A DNA stretch of 64,000 bases. Origin: Chlorokybus atmophyticus. Its lineage: Eukaryota > Plantae > Mesostigma and Chlorokybus algae. The stretch's first letter is position 1. Every line of letters starts with the position of its first letter. A program made the translations under genes and the position numbers. Location of the stretch: NCBI GenBank assembly GCA_009103225.1, contig RHPI01001559.1, positions 300,735-364,734 of the forward strand, written 5' to 3'. Positions 1 through 12,762 of this stretch are shown in pieces. The notes beneath the pieces are model-generated. The model did not search any database. It saw nothing but the letters and a program-made list of their open reading frames with translations, and was not told the origin of the DNA.

Positions 1-429
1 TACACATTGAAGAGAGACTTGCCAGCCACAGCGCCGCGCTGTGGCTACATTGAATATATCCCCGGATAGGCAGGCAATTGCATACTTGGCAAAAAACACA
101 AACAAATACCCACACTTGATAGTTGCTAACGTGTGGCGCTCGTGTTTGCCGCAATGTTGCTGCAACAAATGCACGCTGCAGTACCTCTGCCAGTGCTTGC
201 TGCTGCGTACTCGCCTCTTCCCTTGCTTGGTTGTGCTACTAGCTCAACTGGGTTTTGCTACAGGGGCTGGCTCCTATGCAATGTCTCTGCTTATGCAGAT
301 ATTTAGTAGACTATGCATGGAATATGTGTGCGCCATGCAGCACCAGGAGGTAGGGTAGATAAGCAGGATCAATGCACACGAGCAACACACTCATATGTTA
401 TAACGAAAGCGCGGGCAAGGGTCCAGGGC

Positions 430-1269
430 ACGTCCATTCCTAATGCAACCAACCAACCATAACAACTACCAACACGCGTTACACTAGCGGGAAGGCAGCA
501 TTGTTGAGGAGACATACCTGGACACTCTATACCTCAGCATCAGTAACTCATCTCAAGTGGCGCTGATGTCAGCACAATATGGCAGCGCAGGAGTTCAACA
601 CTCTATCACCGGGAATGTGTGTTTCCATATACGCCGCCGACGTCCATTCCTAATGCAACCAACCAACCATAACAACTACCAACACGCGTTACACTAGCGG
701 GAAGGCAGCATTGTTGAGGAGACATACCTGGACACTCTATACCTCAGCATCAGTAACTCATCTCAAGTGGCGCTGATGTCAGCACAATATGGCAGCGCAG
801 GAGTTCAACACTCTATCACAGGGAATGTGTGTTTCCATATACGCCGCCGACGTCCATTCCTAATGCAACCAACCAACCATAACAACTACCAACACGCGTT
901 ACACTAGCGGGAAGGCAGCATTGTTGAGGAGACATACCTGGACACTCTATACCTCAGCATCAGTAACTCATCTCAAGTGGCGCTGATGTCAGCACAATAT
1001 GGCAGCGCAGGAGTTCAACACTCTATCACAGGGAATGTGTGTTTCCATATACGCCGCCGACGTCCATTCCTAATGCAACCAACCAACCATAACAACTACC
1101 AACACGCGTTACACTAGCGGGAAGGCAGCATTGTTGAGGAGACATACCTGGACACTCTATACCTCAGCATCAGTAACTCATCTCAAGTGGCGCTGATGTC
1201 AGCACAATATGGCAGCGCAGGAGTTCAACACTCTATCACAGGGAATGTGTGTTTCCATATACGCCGCCG
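430..1269. repeat. 210-bp tandem array, block 1 (4 units)
   Basis: Units start at 430, 640, 850 and 1060. They are identical except one C/A site (tcacCggg in unit 1, tcacAggg in units 2-4). Confidence 0.97.
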
Positions 1270-1505
1270 TGTTGGACAATTTAACATCGGCTGCGATGGG
1301 CGACATATTCTGGATGAGCTGGCGCAGATTTCACCAAGGAACTAGGCCATGCCGCAGCGCAACAAGTGTAAACGAGGGTGGGAAGCTTTCAGCGGGGTCT
1401 GTCGGTACTTACTGTAGTTTCGTGCACCATACAACACTTGCAATCCAGGCGCGCAATGGTCTCTCTCAAGAGTCATATTGCATAGCCAATTTAGGCGGAG
1501 GGGGN

Positions 1506-4500
1506 GGAAGGCAGCATTGTTGAGGAGACATACCTGGACACTCTATACCTCAGCATCAGTAACTCATCTCAAGTGGCGCTGATGTCAGCACAATATGGCA
1601 GCGCAGGAGTTCAACACTCTATCACCGGGAATGTGTGTTTCCATATACGCCGCCGACGTCCATTCCTAATGCAACCAACCAACCATAACAACTACCAACA
1701 CGCGTTACACTAGCGGGAAGGCAGCATTGTTGAGGAGACATACCTGGACACTCTATACCTCAGCATCAGTAACTCATCTCAAGTGGCGCTGATGTCAGCA
1801 CAATATGGCAGCGCAGGAGTTCAACACTCTATCACCGGGAATGTGTGTTTCCATATACGCCGCCGACGTCCATTCCTAATGCAACCAACCAACCATAACA
1901 ACTACCAACACGCGTTACACTAGCGGGAAGGCAGCATTGTTGAGGAGACATACCTGGACACTCTATACCTCAGCATCAGTAACTCATCTCAAGTGGCGCT
2001 GATGTCAGCACAATATGGCAGCGCAGGAGTTCAACACTCTATCACCGGGAATGTGTGTTTCCATATACGCCGCCGACGTCCATTCCTAATGCAACCAACC
2101 AACCATAACAACTACCAACACGCGTTACACTAGCGGGAAGGCAGCATTGTTGAGGAGACATACCTGGACACTCTATACCTCAGCATCAGTAACTCATCTC
2201 AAGTGGCGCTGATGTCAGCACAATATGGCAGCGCAGGAGTTCAACACTCTATCACCGGGAATGTGTGTTTCCATATACGCCGCCGACGTCCATTCCTAAT
2301 GCAACCAACCAACCATAACAACTACCAACACGCGTTACACTAGCGGGAAGGCAGCATTGTTGAGGAGACATACCTGGACACTCTATACCTCAGCATCAGT
2401 AACTCATCTCAAGTGGCGCTGATGTCAGCACAATATGGCAGCGCAGGAGTTCAACACTCTATCACCGGGAATGTGTGTTTCCATATACGCCGCCGACGTC
2501 CATTCCTAATGCAACCAACCAACCATAACAACTACCAACACGCGTTACACTAGCGGGAAGGCAGCATTGTTGAGGAGACATACCTGGACACTCTATACCT
2601 CAGCATCAGTAACTCATCTCAAGTGGCGCTGATGTCAGCACAATATGGCAGCGCAGGAGTTCAACACTCTATCACCGGGAATGTGTGTTTCCATATACGC
2701 CGCCGACGTCCATTCCTAATGCAACCAACCAACCATAACAACTACCAACACGCGTTACACTAGCGGGAAGGCAGCATTGTTGAGGAGACATACCTGGACA
2801 CTCTATACCTCAGCATCAGTAACTCATCTCAAGTGGCGCTGATGTCAGCACAATATGGCAGCGCAGGAGTTCAACACTCTATCACCGGGAATGTGTGTTT
2901 CCATATACGCCGCCGACGTCCATTCCTAATGCAACCAACCAACCATAACAACTACCAACACGCGTTACACTAGCGGGAAGGCAGCATTGTTGAGGAGACA
3001 TACCTGGACACTCTATACCTCAGCATCAGTAACTCATCTCAAGTGGCGCTGATGTCAGCACAATATGGCAGCGCAGGAGTTCAACACTCTATCACCGGGA
3101 ATGTGTGTTTCCATATACGCCGCCGACGTCCATTCCTAATGCAACCAACCAACCATAACAACTACCAACACGCGTTACACTAGCGGGAAGGCAGCATTGT
3201 TGAGGAGACATACCTGGACACTCTATACCTCAGCATCAGTAACTCATCTCAAGTGGCGCTGATGTCAGCACAATATGGCAGCGCAGGAGTTCAACACTCT
3301 ATCACCGGGAATGTGTGTTTCCATATACGCCGCCGACGTCCATTCCTAATGCAACCAACCAACCATAACAACTACCAACACGCGTTACACTAGCGGGAAG
3401 GCAGCATTGTTGAGGAGACATACCTGGACACTCTATACCTCAGCATCAGTAACTCATCTCAAGTGGCGCTGATGTCAGCACAATATGGCAGCGCAGGAGT
3501 TCAACACTCTATCACCGGGAATGTGTGTTTCCATATACGCCGCCGACGTCCATTCCTAATGCAACCAACCAACCATAACAACTACCAACACGCGTTACAC
3601 TAGCGGGAAGGCAGCATTGTTGAGGAGACATACCTGGACACTCTATACCTCAGCATCAGTAACTCATCTCAAGTGGCGCTGATGTCAGCACAATATGGCA
3701 GCGCAGGAGTTCAACACTCTATCACCGGGAATGTGTGTTTCCATATACGCCGCCGACGTCCATTCCTAATGCAACCAACCAACCATAACAACTACCAACA
3801 CGCGTTACACTAGCGGGAAGGCAGCATTGTTGAGGAGACATACCTGGACACTCTATACCTCAGCATCAGTAACTCATCTCAAGTGGCGCTGATGTCAGCA
3901 CAATATGGCAGCGCAGGAGTTCAACACTCTATCACCGGGAATGTGTGTTTCCATATACGCCGCCGACGTCCATTCCTAATGCAACCAACCAACCATAACA
4001 ACTACCAACACGCGTTACACTAGCGGGAAGGCAGCATTGTTGAGGAGACATACCTGGACACTCTATACCTCAGCATCAGTAACTCATCTCAAGTGGCGCT
4101 GATGTCAGCACAATATGGCAGCGCAGGAGTTCAACACTCTATCACCGGGAATGTGTGTTTCCATATACGCCGCCGACGTCCATTCCTAATGCAACCAACC
4201 AACCATAACAACTACCAACACGCGTTACACTAGCGGGAAGGCAGCATTGTTGAGGAGACATACCTGGACACTCTATACCTCAGCATCAGTAACTCATCTC
4301 AAGTGGCGCTGATGTCAGCACAATATGGCAGCGCAGGAGTTCAACACTCTATCACCGGGAATGTGTGTTTCCATATACGCCGCCGACGTCCATTCCTAAT
4401 GCAACCAACCAACCATAACAACTACCAACACGCGTTACACTAGCGGGAAGGCAGCATTGTTGAGGAGACATACCTGGACACTCTATACCTCAGCATCAGT

Positions 4501-5645
4501 AACTCATCTCAAGTGGCGCTGATGTCAGCACAATATGGCAGCGCAGGAGTTCAACACTCTATCACCGGGAATGTGTGTTTCCATATACGCCGCCGACGTC
4601 CATTCCTAATGCAACCAACCAACCATAACAACTACCAACACGCGTTACACTAGCGGGAAGGCAGCATTGTTGAGGAGACATACCTGGACACTCTATACCT
4701 CAGCATCAGTAACTCATCTCAAGTGGCGCTGATGTCAGCACAATATGGCAGCGCAGGAGTTCAACACTCTATCACCGGGAATGTGTGTTTCCATATACGC
4801 CGCCGACGTCCATTCCTAATGCAACCAACCAACCATAACAACTACCAACACGCGTTACACTAGCGGGAAGGCAGCATTGTTGAGGAGACATACCTGGACA
4901 CTCTATACCTCAGCATCAGTAACTCATCTCAAGTGGCGCTGATGTCAGCACAATATGGCAGCGCAGGAGTTCAACACTCTATCACCGGGAATGTGTGTTT
5001 CCATATACGCCGCCGACGTCCATTCCTAATGCAACCAACCAACCATAACAACTACCAACACGCGTTACACTAGCGGGAAGGCAGCATTGTTGAGGAGACA
5101 TACCTGGACACTCTATACCTCAGCATCAGTAACTCATCTCAAGTGGCGCTGATGTCAGCACAATATGGCAGCGCAGGAGTTCAACACTCTATCACCGGGA
5201 ATGTGTGTTTCCATATACGCCGCCGACGTCCATTCCTAATGCAACCAACCAACCATAACAACTACCAACACGCGTTACACTAGCGGGAAGGCAGCATTGT
5301 TGAGGAGACATACCTGGACACTCTATACCTCAGCATCAGTAACTCATCTCAAGTGGCGCTGATGTCAGCACAATATGGCAGCGCAGGAGTTCAACACTCT
5401 ATCACCGGGAATGTGTGTTTCCATATACGCCGCCGACGTCCATTCCTAATGCAACCAACCAACCATAACAACTACCAACACGCGTTACACTAGCGGGAAG
5501 GCAGCATTGTTGAGGAGACATACCTGGACACTCTATACCTCAGCATCAGTAACTCATCTCAAGTGGCGCTGATGTCAGCACAATATGGCAGCGCAGGAGT
5601 TCAACACTCTATCACAGGGAATGTGTGTTTCCATATACGCCGCCG
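1506..5645. repeat. 210-bp tandem array, block 2 (150-bp partial unit plus 19 full units)
   Basis: Exact 210-bp periodicity from 1656 to 5645. All units carry the C variant except the last, which has A. The block starts right after a single N at 1505. Confidence 0.97.
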
Positions 5646-5880
5646 TGTTGGACAATTTAACATCGGCTGCGATGGGCGACATATTCTGGATGAGCTGGCG
5701 CAGATTTCACCAAGGAACTAGGCCATGCCGCAGCGCAACAAGTGTAAACGAGGGTGGGAAGCTTTCAGCGGGGTCTGTCGGTACTTACTGTAGTTTCGTG
5801 CACCATACAACACTTGCAATCCAGGCGCGCAATGGTCTCTCTCAAGAGTCATATTGCATAGCCAATTTAGGCGGAGGGGG
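5646..5880. repeat. Exact second copy of the array tail at 1270-1504
   Basis: The same 235 bp (tgttggacaat...ttaggcggagggg) follows both array blocks. Both copies end in a poly-G run containing an N. Confidence 0.9.
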
Positions 5881-6133
5881 GGGGGGGGGGGGGGNGGGAC
5901 CATTTCAGCAACCAGATTCCAGAAACACCTTCCTTGCTTAGTGCTTGCAAGGCCAATCCATTATTGAGTCATGTGGTGTAACATACACCACTGATGTCAC
6001 AACCTCAAGATGTGACCAACGCGCGCGCAACAGGCAGCGCTGTCCGAGCGAGTGCATGCCAGGGGGTGCTACTGTACAAGCGCCTTAGAATGCCAAATGG
6101 TGGCAACAACACTAATAAGGAGGTCTCCTACTG

Positions 6134-6328
6134 TTATGAGGGCACAGCATGCGCGCCACTGCACTGAGTCGAGTGCTGCGACCAGTGGTGCTCCTGGCAG
6201 GTGCGGTTGCAATACGACGCTTGCAAACAGCCAGCACAAAACCACATGTCATCGCTGTCGCGGGACTTCTGGCAGTGGCTGCATTGAAGACGCCCAGACA
6301 CAGATGGCAATGGAGCACTGTTGTCCAC
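6134..6328 (-). pseudogene. Exon encoding a MYND-type zinc finger, probably part of a decayed multi-exon gene spanning about 6-8 kb
   Basis: CSHCQKSRDSDDMWFCAGCLQASYCNRTCQEHHWSQHSTQC fits CxxC-CxxC-YC-xxx-CQ-xx-HW-xx-H-xxx-C. A ttgtttag acceptor lies just upstream. Neighbouring candidate exons contain in-frame stops. Confidence 0.7.
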
Positions 6329-7501
6329 CTAAACAATCAACAATTACAATGTCAGACAATGTCACTACGACATGCTTTGGGTAGAGACACGGGACATCAC
6401 AGGCCAATAAGCACACAAAGCGCAACACTCACCAGCATGTAGTATTGCGATGAAGCTCGTATCCGTCCCAAAGCAACGGCAGTAAGCACAATTGCGGCGT
6501 GCACAGCAGCTACGTGAAGCCAGGTGAAGCGCAGAAAGGCCGACTTCAGTGCCAAGACAACAGGACTGCACCACACCACAGCATGAGCACCAGCGCCACA
6601 GGCGTTCCACGATGGGCATCACAACAAACTTTTGTAAGGACTGCCAGTTATAACGACAAACAAACCCAATACCTGTTGTTATTGCCATCATCATCGTCTC
6701 CTCCCCGACCTCCCCGGATACCTCCACAGCCACCATCGCCGATGAGACACTCTGGTTCGTCATCGGAAGCATACTCATCATCGATCTGCTTGTTGGAGAA
6801 AGGTACAATATTGTTGCTGAGCTTGCTGCTCTTGCTGGTGGTCGTAGACTGTGCACCAGCAACTTCAGCGCGCCGGGAAGCTGCAACAGGACACGTCAAT
6901 ACACCCTCCAATGCTAAGACTACAAACCCGGACACATAGAAACTAATCACTTACATCCTGTAGTAATGATGATGATGCTACCCAATCTGATGTTACACTG
7001 TGAACAACAATGCAACAAGTTGCACTGGGCAAATGCATTCACAGCAGTATGTCTCAACTCCGGCAGCATATTGCTAGCCAAAATCTTTGCTACCCCATGG
7101 TGGCAAGTGAGAAAGTCAACAGTACAACTTACATGAAGCGGCGTCAGCGCGCTCGGATGAAAGGATTGCGGCGGGAGCTGCGCGATGATGGCGGCGCGCG
7201 CGTAGCCGAGGCCGACCCTTGCAGCCTCCGCAACTGCGTCGCTGGCCGGCGACGTGGCGCGCGACCGAGCGCACGGCCGCCGCCTCTGCCACCTCGACCG
7301 CCGACATAGCCGGCTGGCCCACCAACACCACTACTACTTGTAACAATACGCCCACTCAAGCAACCAGTACAATCAAAAGCAAGTTTACTATCCACCACAC
7401 CCTGCACAACCCTCCTGGGCAACTTCAACCCCCTACAGGCTGACCACCACGGTCACCGTCAACGCACAGCAACTCCTGGCAGGCGGGTGAAGCCTCCTTG
7501 A

Positions 7502-8020
7502 GTGGGAGATTCCTGTAAAAACGCCTCAATGCAGCTCACCAATGCAACTACGGCAATGCCCACAATACCAGCACCCACTCCGTCAACCAAGACCACCAAG
7601 ACCACCACGTCAACACCGCCGCCTGCGCCGCGCCCGCTGACACGCCAACAGCACTGTAGAACGTCGCACAGTGCACCGTGCAATGTTTATACAATGTGCG
7701 AATATGCCTATTGGCGATCAGTAGACTATTCTTGGCGCCGGGCAGGGACATTTTACGGAGCAGAACGTTGCAATGCAATGGTTGCATATATATTCGCGCA
7801 CAAAAGCCGCGTTTTTTCCTCGCAAAGGCATATGCTGAGGTCCGATCAGTTACAAGAATGCGACGCGTACAGTCATGATCATTGGGTAAATAAAGCATCA
7901 ATGCAGCAGAGGAGGGGATCGCAATCCCCTTTGAATAAATATGTTGATCATGTCATTGCTGTGACGGTTATGGAAGGCACATTTCGCCCCCCCCGTGGCA
8001 CATGGCTCGTTGCATTTTGA
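7502..8020 (+). CDS. Unidentified ORF or exon (172 aa)
   Basis: Open frame with a Thr/Pro-rich start and an ordinary-composition remainder. No family recognised. Confidence 0.2.
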   Translation: MGDSCKNASMQLTNATTAMPTIPAPTPSTKTTKTTTSTPPPAPRPLTRQQHCRTSHSAPCNVYTMCEYAYWRSVDYSWRRAGTFYGAERCNAMVAYIFAHKSRVFSSQRHMLRSDQLQECDAYSHDHWVNKASMQQRRGSQSPLNKYVDHVIAVTVMEGTFRPPRGTWLVAF

Positions 8021-9894
8021 CCCCTTCGTGCCTTGCGGTCTCCGGTCTGGACGATTTTCAGCGCTTTCCAGAAAGGCAGATCGTCTGCGGGCGCCTGCGC
8101 CAGACCCGCTAAGGACCTGACACGCGAGAAGAACATGCATGCCGCGTGGCAATTAAGTGAGTCAGTTCAGAGGTTAGGACTACGCCTCGACTGGGTCGAA
8201 CGTGACCGACAGCGGTTACGATTCCACACGCGTGTTGGATAAGCGTTTTGCGGCAGGGCAGTTTTGCCTTCAAGTGTAAGTCAAGGAATAGATATCGATA
8301 CCCAGGTCGGTTAGAGTGTAAGCGGTTGTGGTGAGTACGTGGCGCTACGGTCCGGTTGCGTTGCAGGGTATCTACGGACGCGGCCCAGAATGCCGCGTGT
8401 GATTGGATAGTTGAGTCAACGCTCGCATCACCTTCTGACAGCCTGGTGCACTTTATTCCGGATCTTTTTGCCTGTCAGCGTCTCTGTCCTATTCTGGCAA
8501 CATGCTTATAGCTAGTGTGCGGCATAAACCCAAAAGTGGCCCCGCTGTAACCTGTTCAACATGGATACGCTACTCAATACGGCTGCTCTGTGATATGGGT
8601 TGATACGTGTTCATTAGTGGAATGTACGGACGACTGCATGTACGATCTGTTGTCATGCACGCCAACACGTAAAAGCAGTGTTCTATGTGTATGCCATACA
8701 AATTGAAGTTTATGCATACAGATGCACGGCGTGTTGCAGTACATCTGCCTTTTGAATGCTTCATATCATATATCATTGGTGCTGCGCTGATAGTTTCGAC
8801 TGTTTTTGAGTTTGCGGGAGTGCTGAATTATAGCTCAATAGAATGTATCAATTTTCGTCGCCTGCTTTTCATGTTCGTATTGTTATGTTTGCTAGCTATC
8901 ATGTAGCCAAACAAGTTCTTTGAGTTATAGCTGGTAGGACAGTCTCGCCGGGCTCCACATGGCCGCTCAACTCACGTGCGTTACAATGAACCGTTTTGTT
9001 CGCCCCAAAACAACTTCACCTCCATAAAAAATCAGTCCAACTCAACAAGTGACACGTGAACACATTTGATTCAATGAGCACCCCTGAGTTAAAATACATA
9101 TTGCGCAATGAAGTCTAGCGCAAATCAAAGGGCAAAAAGTGAAATACATGGAGGCAAAAGATCTGCCCTTTGCTCTCCCGGCCTAAAAATCACTTATTGT
9201 ACACAGTCTGTCAACGCCATGGCGCCACTTAGCAGGTAACACAACATGTATGCATTATAATCTTGTATGCATTTGTAAACGGTTGCAAAGACTACCATAT
9301 GTGCCCTGGATTGTGCTGCATTCGTGGGTTTGCTTAGACGGAAAATTTACACTGCAGGCGCAATGCGGCTAGCATTAAAACTCGTGAGCTGTCACAGTCC
9401 ATGCATGGAGTAGAACCACCCTTGCATAAGCATATCTGAGTAATCCGCGCATCTCAGCTTTTTTGTAATTACCCTTGTATACATACAGCATCTTAACTTG
9501 TCACGCTGTAAGAGAGCACGAGTGTTGCACAGACGCCCACTGTCACAAATTGGGATAAATTGTGACAGACCTCACTCATGGTAGTGTTTTTTACTACCAT
9601 AGCCTAGTGGTCGGGCCCCAATTGTTACACCCACGATTGCTCTGCAACAGAGATCATTGCTGTTGCGACATGAAAGAGATTGTCCCGGATTGGAAGACAA
9701 GCACGCTATTGTATGCTAACGTGTACAGCTTTAATGTATATGGTCTCAATAAACCAACACCCATGTTGACTACATGGTCAAGTTGACAAGAACAATTACA
9801 AGTCCTTATTTATGGAAATTCACTATTCGTGGCACTATCCACACCCATGACCACACCCGTAGATTCCCTTTTGACATGATAGTAATAATGTGAC

Positions 9895-10110
9895 GAATGG
9901 CAATTATAACAAAATGTAATAGCTTGCCAATTCAAAAGCCGGCCGGCGATGACCGCCGCTGCTTTTATGATGCTTAGCAAACCGTCAAACATTATGAAGC
10001 GTGCAATCATCGCAGCAGCGCCGATCTATTAGATCCTAGTAAATCAGCTTGGGTGCAAGCGTGTTCGCTCGAGCGTGCACTTTTGATCAATAACGCGCGC
10101 TAAGTGACTT
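9895..10110 (+). repeat. Dispersed diverged repeat, copy 1 (pairs with 12103-12337)
   Basis: Colinear shared blocks: gaatggcaat, gatgctta, aaacat(t/c)atgaa, cagcttgggtgcaag(c/t)gtgttcgctcgagc, cgcgctaa. Confidence 0.75.
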
Positions 10111-11052
10111 CACTAGCCTGGCCAGTAACTGTACTGAAAGCAGTGGTTGTTAAAGTGATTTTTTTGTATTAAGGTGAATTTTAGATAGCAGGCCGCATGC
10201 AATGCAGAACCCAAAAAACAAGCCCTTCTAAGAACGCTCTCTGTATGATGTGTACATGCAGTAAAAACTCTCAATCTAGCCCATTGGCATCCGAGGATCT
10301 CATGAAAAGTCATAAAGTGCTTGTGGGTATACAGCCTGCGCACTGCGCGGGTGTTGTCATTTCAATAGCGCCTTAAATGCGATATTGAGTAGTCATATGG
10401 TTATGGCATGTGTTTGTTGTGTCACATGTAGCAAAATTATGGGCTTCTTTTCACCTTGCATTACGTACAATACTCGTGTGTGCAGACTGATTGGCAATCC
10501 TATGCATTGAGTCTACACGCAAAGTGTAGGATGTGCCCATCACATTGCAAGCGTCAATATTCTTCTCGACAACTATTACTGAAGTGCCAAGCCAGGCCAA
10601 TCTACATACTCTCAGCTATATCTGTTCTCTTTCGCTTGGGGCCAATATCAACACGCACCATTACCCGGTCGGTGTGGTATCTTTGAAAGCACGCGTGCTT
10701 GCACAAGTACACATTGCAAGGCTCACACCAATAGCATGACTTCTTACCTCTGCCTCTTACTCCCCCGGGCTGCAACTATGCATCCTGGCGTCAGCTGCAC
10801 ACCAAGCACCGCCTTTGCTTCTTGGTGGAATGCGTGCCGACAAATGGCGTCGAGAGAAGCCGCCACTCACATTTTTGAATATATCTCTATGCCTGCAACG
10901 CACGGTGAGGGGTGGTAAGGGGAGCAAAAGATCGAGGGGGAGGAGGGGAGAGGAGGGGGATTGACAGACAGGACTTGTTGAAGGGAGGGAGATGTTGGTG
11001 ATGATGTAAATGGAGGGGACTTCCCTTGGAGGGGAGGGGGGGGGGGGGGGAC

Positions 11053-11997
11053 NNNNNNNNNNNNNNNNNNNNNNNNNNNNNNNNNNNNNNNNNNNNNNNN
11101 NNNNNNNNNNNNNNNNNNNNNNNNNNNNNNNNNNNNNNNNNNNNNNNNNNNNNNNNNNNNNNNNNNNNNNNNNNNNNNNNNNNNNNNNNNNNNNNNNNNN
11201 NNNNNNNNNNNNNNNNNNNNNNNNNNNNNNNNNNNNNNNNNNNNNNNNNNNNNNNNNNNNNNNNNNNNNNNNNNNNNNNNNNNNNNNNNNNNNNNNNNNN
11301 NNNNNNNNNNNNNNNNNNNNNNNNNNNNNNNNNNNNNNNNNNNNNNNNNNNNNNNNNNNNNNNNNNNNNNNNNNNNNNNNNNNNNNNNNNNNNNNNNNNN
11401 NNNNNNNNNNNNNNNNNNNNNNNNNNNNNNNNNNNNNNNNNNNNNNNNNNNNNNNNNNNNNNNNNNNNNNNNNNNNNNNNNNNNNNNNNNNNNNNNNNNN
11501 NNNNNNNNNNNNNNNNNNNNNNNNNNNNNNNNNNNNNNNNNNNNNNNNNNNNNNNNNNNNNNNNNNNNNNNNNNNNNNNNNNNNNNNNNNNNNNNNNNNN
11601 NNNNNNNNNNNNNNNNNNNNNNNNNNNNNNNNNNNNNNNNNNNNNNNNNNNNNNNNNNNNNNNNNNNNNNNNNNNNNNNNNNNNNNNNNNNNNNNNNNNN
11701 NNNNNNNNNNNNNNNNNNNNNNNNNNNNNNNNNNNNNNNNNNNNNNNNNNNNNNNNNNNNNNNNNNNNNNNNNNNNNNNNNNNNNNNNNNNNNNNNNNNN
11801 NNNNNNNNNNNNNNNNNNNNNNNNNNNNNNNNNNNNNNNNNNNNNNNNNNNNNNNNNNNNNNNNNNNNNNNNNNNNNNNNNNNNNNNNNNNNNNNNNNNN
11901 NNNNNNNNNNNNNNNNNNNNNNNNNNNNNNNNNNNNNNNNNNNNNNNNNNNNNNNNNNNNNNNNNNNNNNNNNNNNNNNNNNNNNNNNNNNNNNNNN
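11053..11997. other. Assembly gap (945 N) preceded by a poly-G run
   Basis: Directly visible run of N. Confidence 0.99.
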
Positions 11998-12102
11998 CCT
12001 CTGCGCGGTTTCACAAATTCACCGCCTTCGATTGCTTTGGGATATACCATAATTTGTCTTCAAGCAGTACTTGTCATATTGACACGCGATAAGTGACTTA
12101 AT

Positions 12103-12337
12103 GAATGGCAATAATGGCAGAATTGGCTAGCCCAATTTAAGAGCCGCCCGGCGAAGGCGACGGCAGTGATAACCGTCGCTGCCTTTTTGATGCTTATCAA
12201 GTTGCCAAACATCATGAAACGTGCGATCATTGCAACATCGCCGATTTTTTACAGCTGCACTTCAATAATCCAGCTTGGGTGCAAGTGTGTTCGCTCGAGC
12301 GCGTTGTTTATCACAAAAAGCACGCGCTAAATTACTT
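12103..12337 (+). repeat. Dispersed diverged repeat, copy 2
   Basis: Same blocks as 9895-10110 in the same orientation. Confidence 0.75.
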
Positions 12338-12762
12338 GATTCAGGGCAAAGTGTGAGCACCTTGACATGTGCATGCACTGCTCGCGGTCGGACAGCCTTG
12401 AGGGGCTCGATTGCAAAATATTGATAACTAGTTAGTTATTCTTTTGCAATGTTTAAACCAAGACTGGATTGTTGTCCGACACGAGTTGTGCAATGTAGTA
12501 AACGTTGAAAGACTGTTTGTGTCTTTATTTGCACGCACTCTTTCTGTTGCCGCAAAAACTATATCATATCGTTGTTATAAGCGCTTGATGTGCTTGACGT
12601 AAGTTTTTATGGTTGGATTAAGCGCGTAACACAGTTAACACCGTATGTCGTCATGCATTGCATGACGTAACGTGCGCAGAGTAACCATGACACAGCTTGC
12701 ACATGTGGTAAAGCTGTCTTAAAAAAAATAATATGTTGTTTGCACCAATCTCGCACGCGCTG

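Noticed and set aside
509-525. U1 snRNA-like 5' end (tacctggac) in the array unit
   Set aside because: Only 9 nt match, with no Sm site or U1 stems. It is better explained as the reverse complement of a splice donor.
430-5645. CRISPR-like array
   Set aside because: Units are identical over their whole length, with no variable spacers and no cas genes, in a eukaryotic context.
10887-12096. Three long ORFs of 356-387 aa in the ORF track
   Set aside because: They are artefacts of translating through 945 N.
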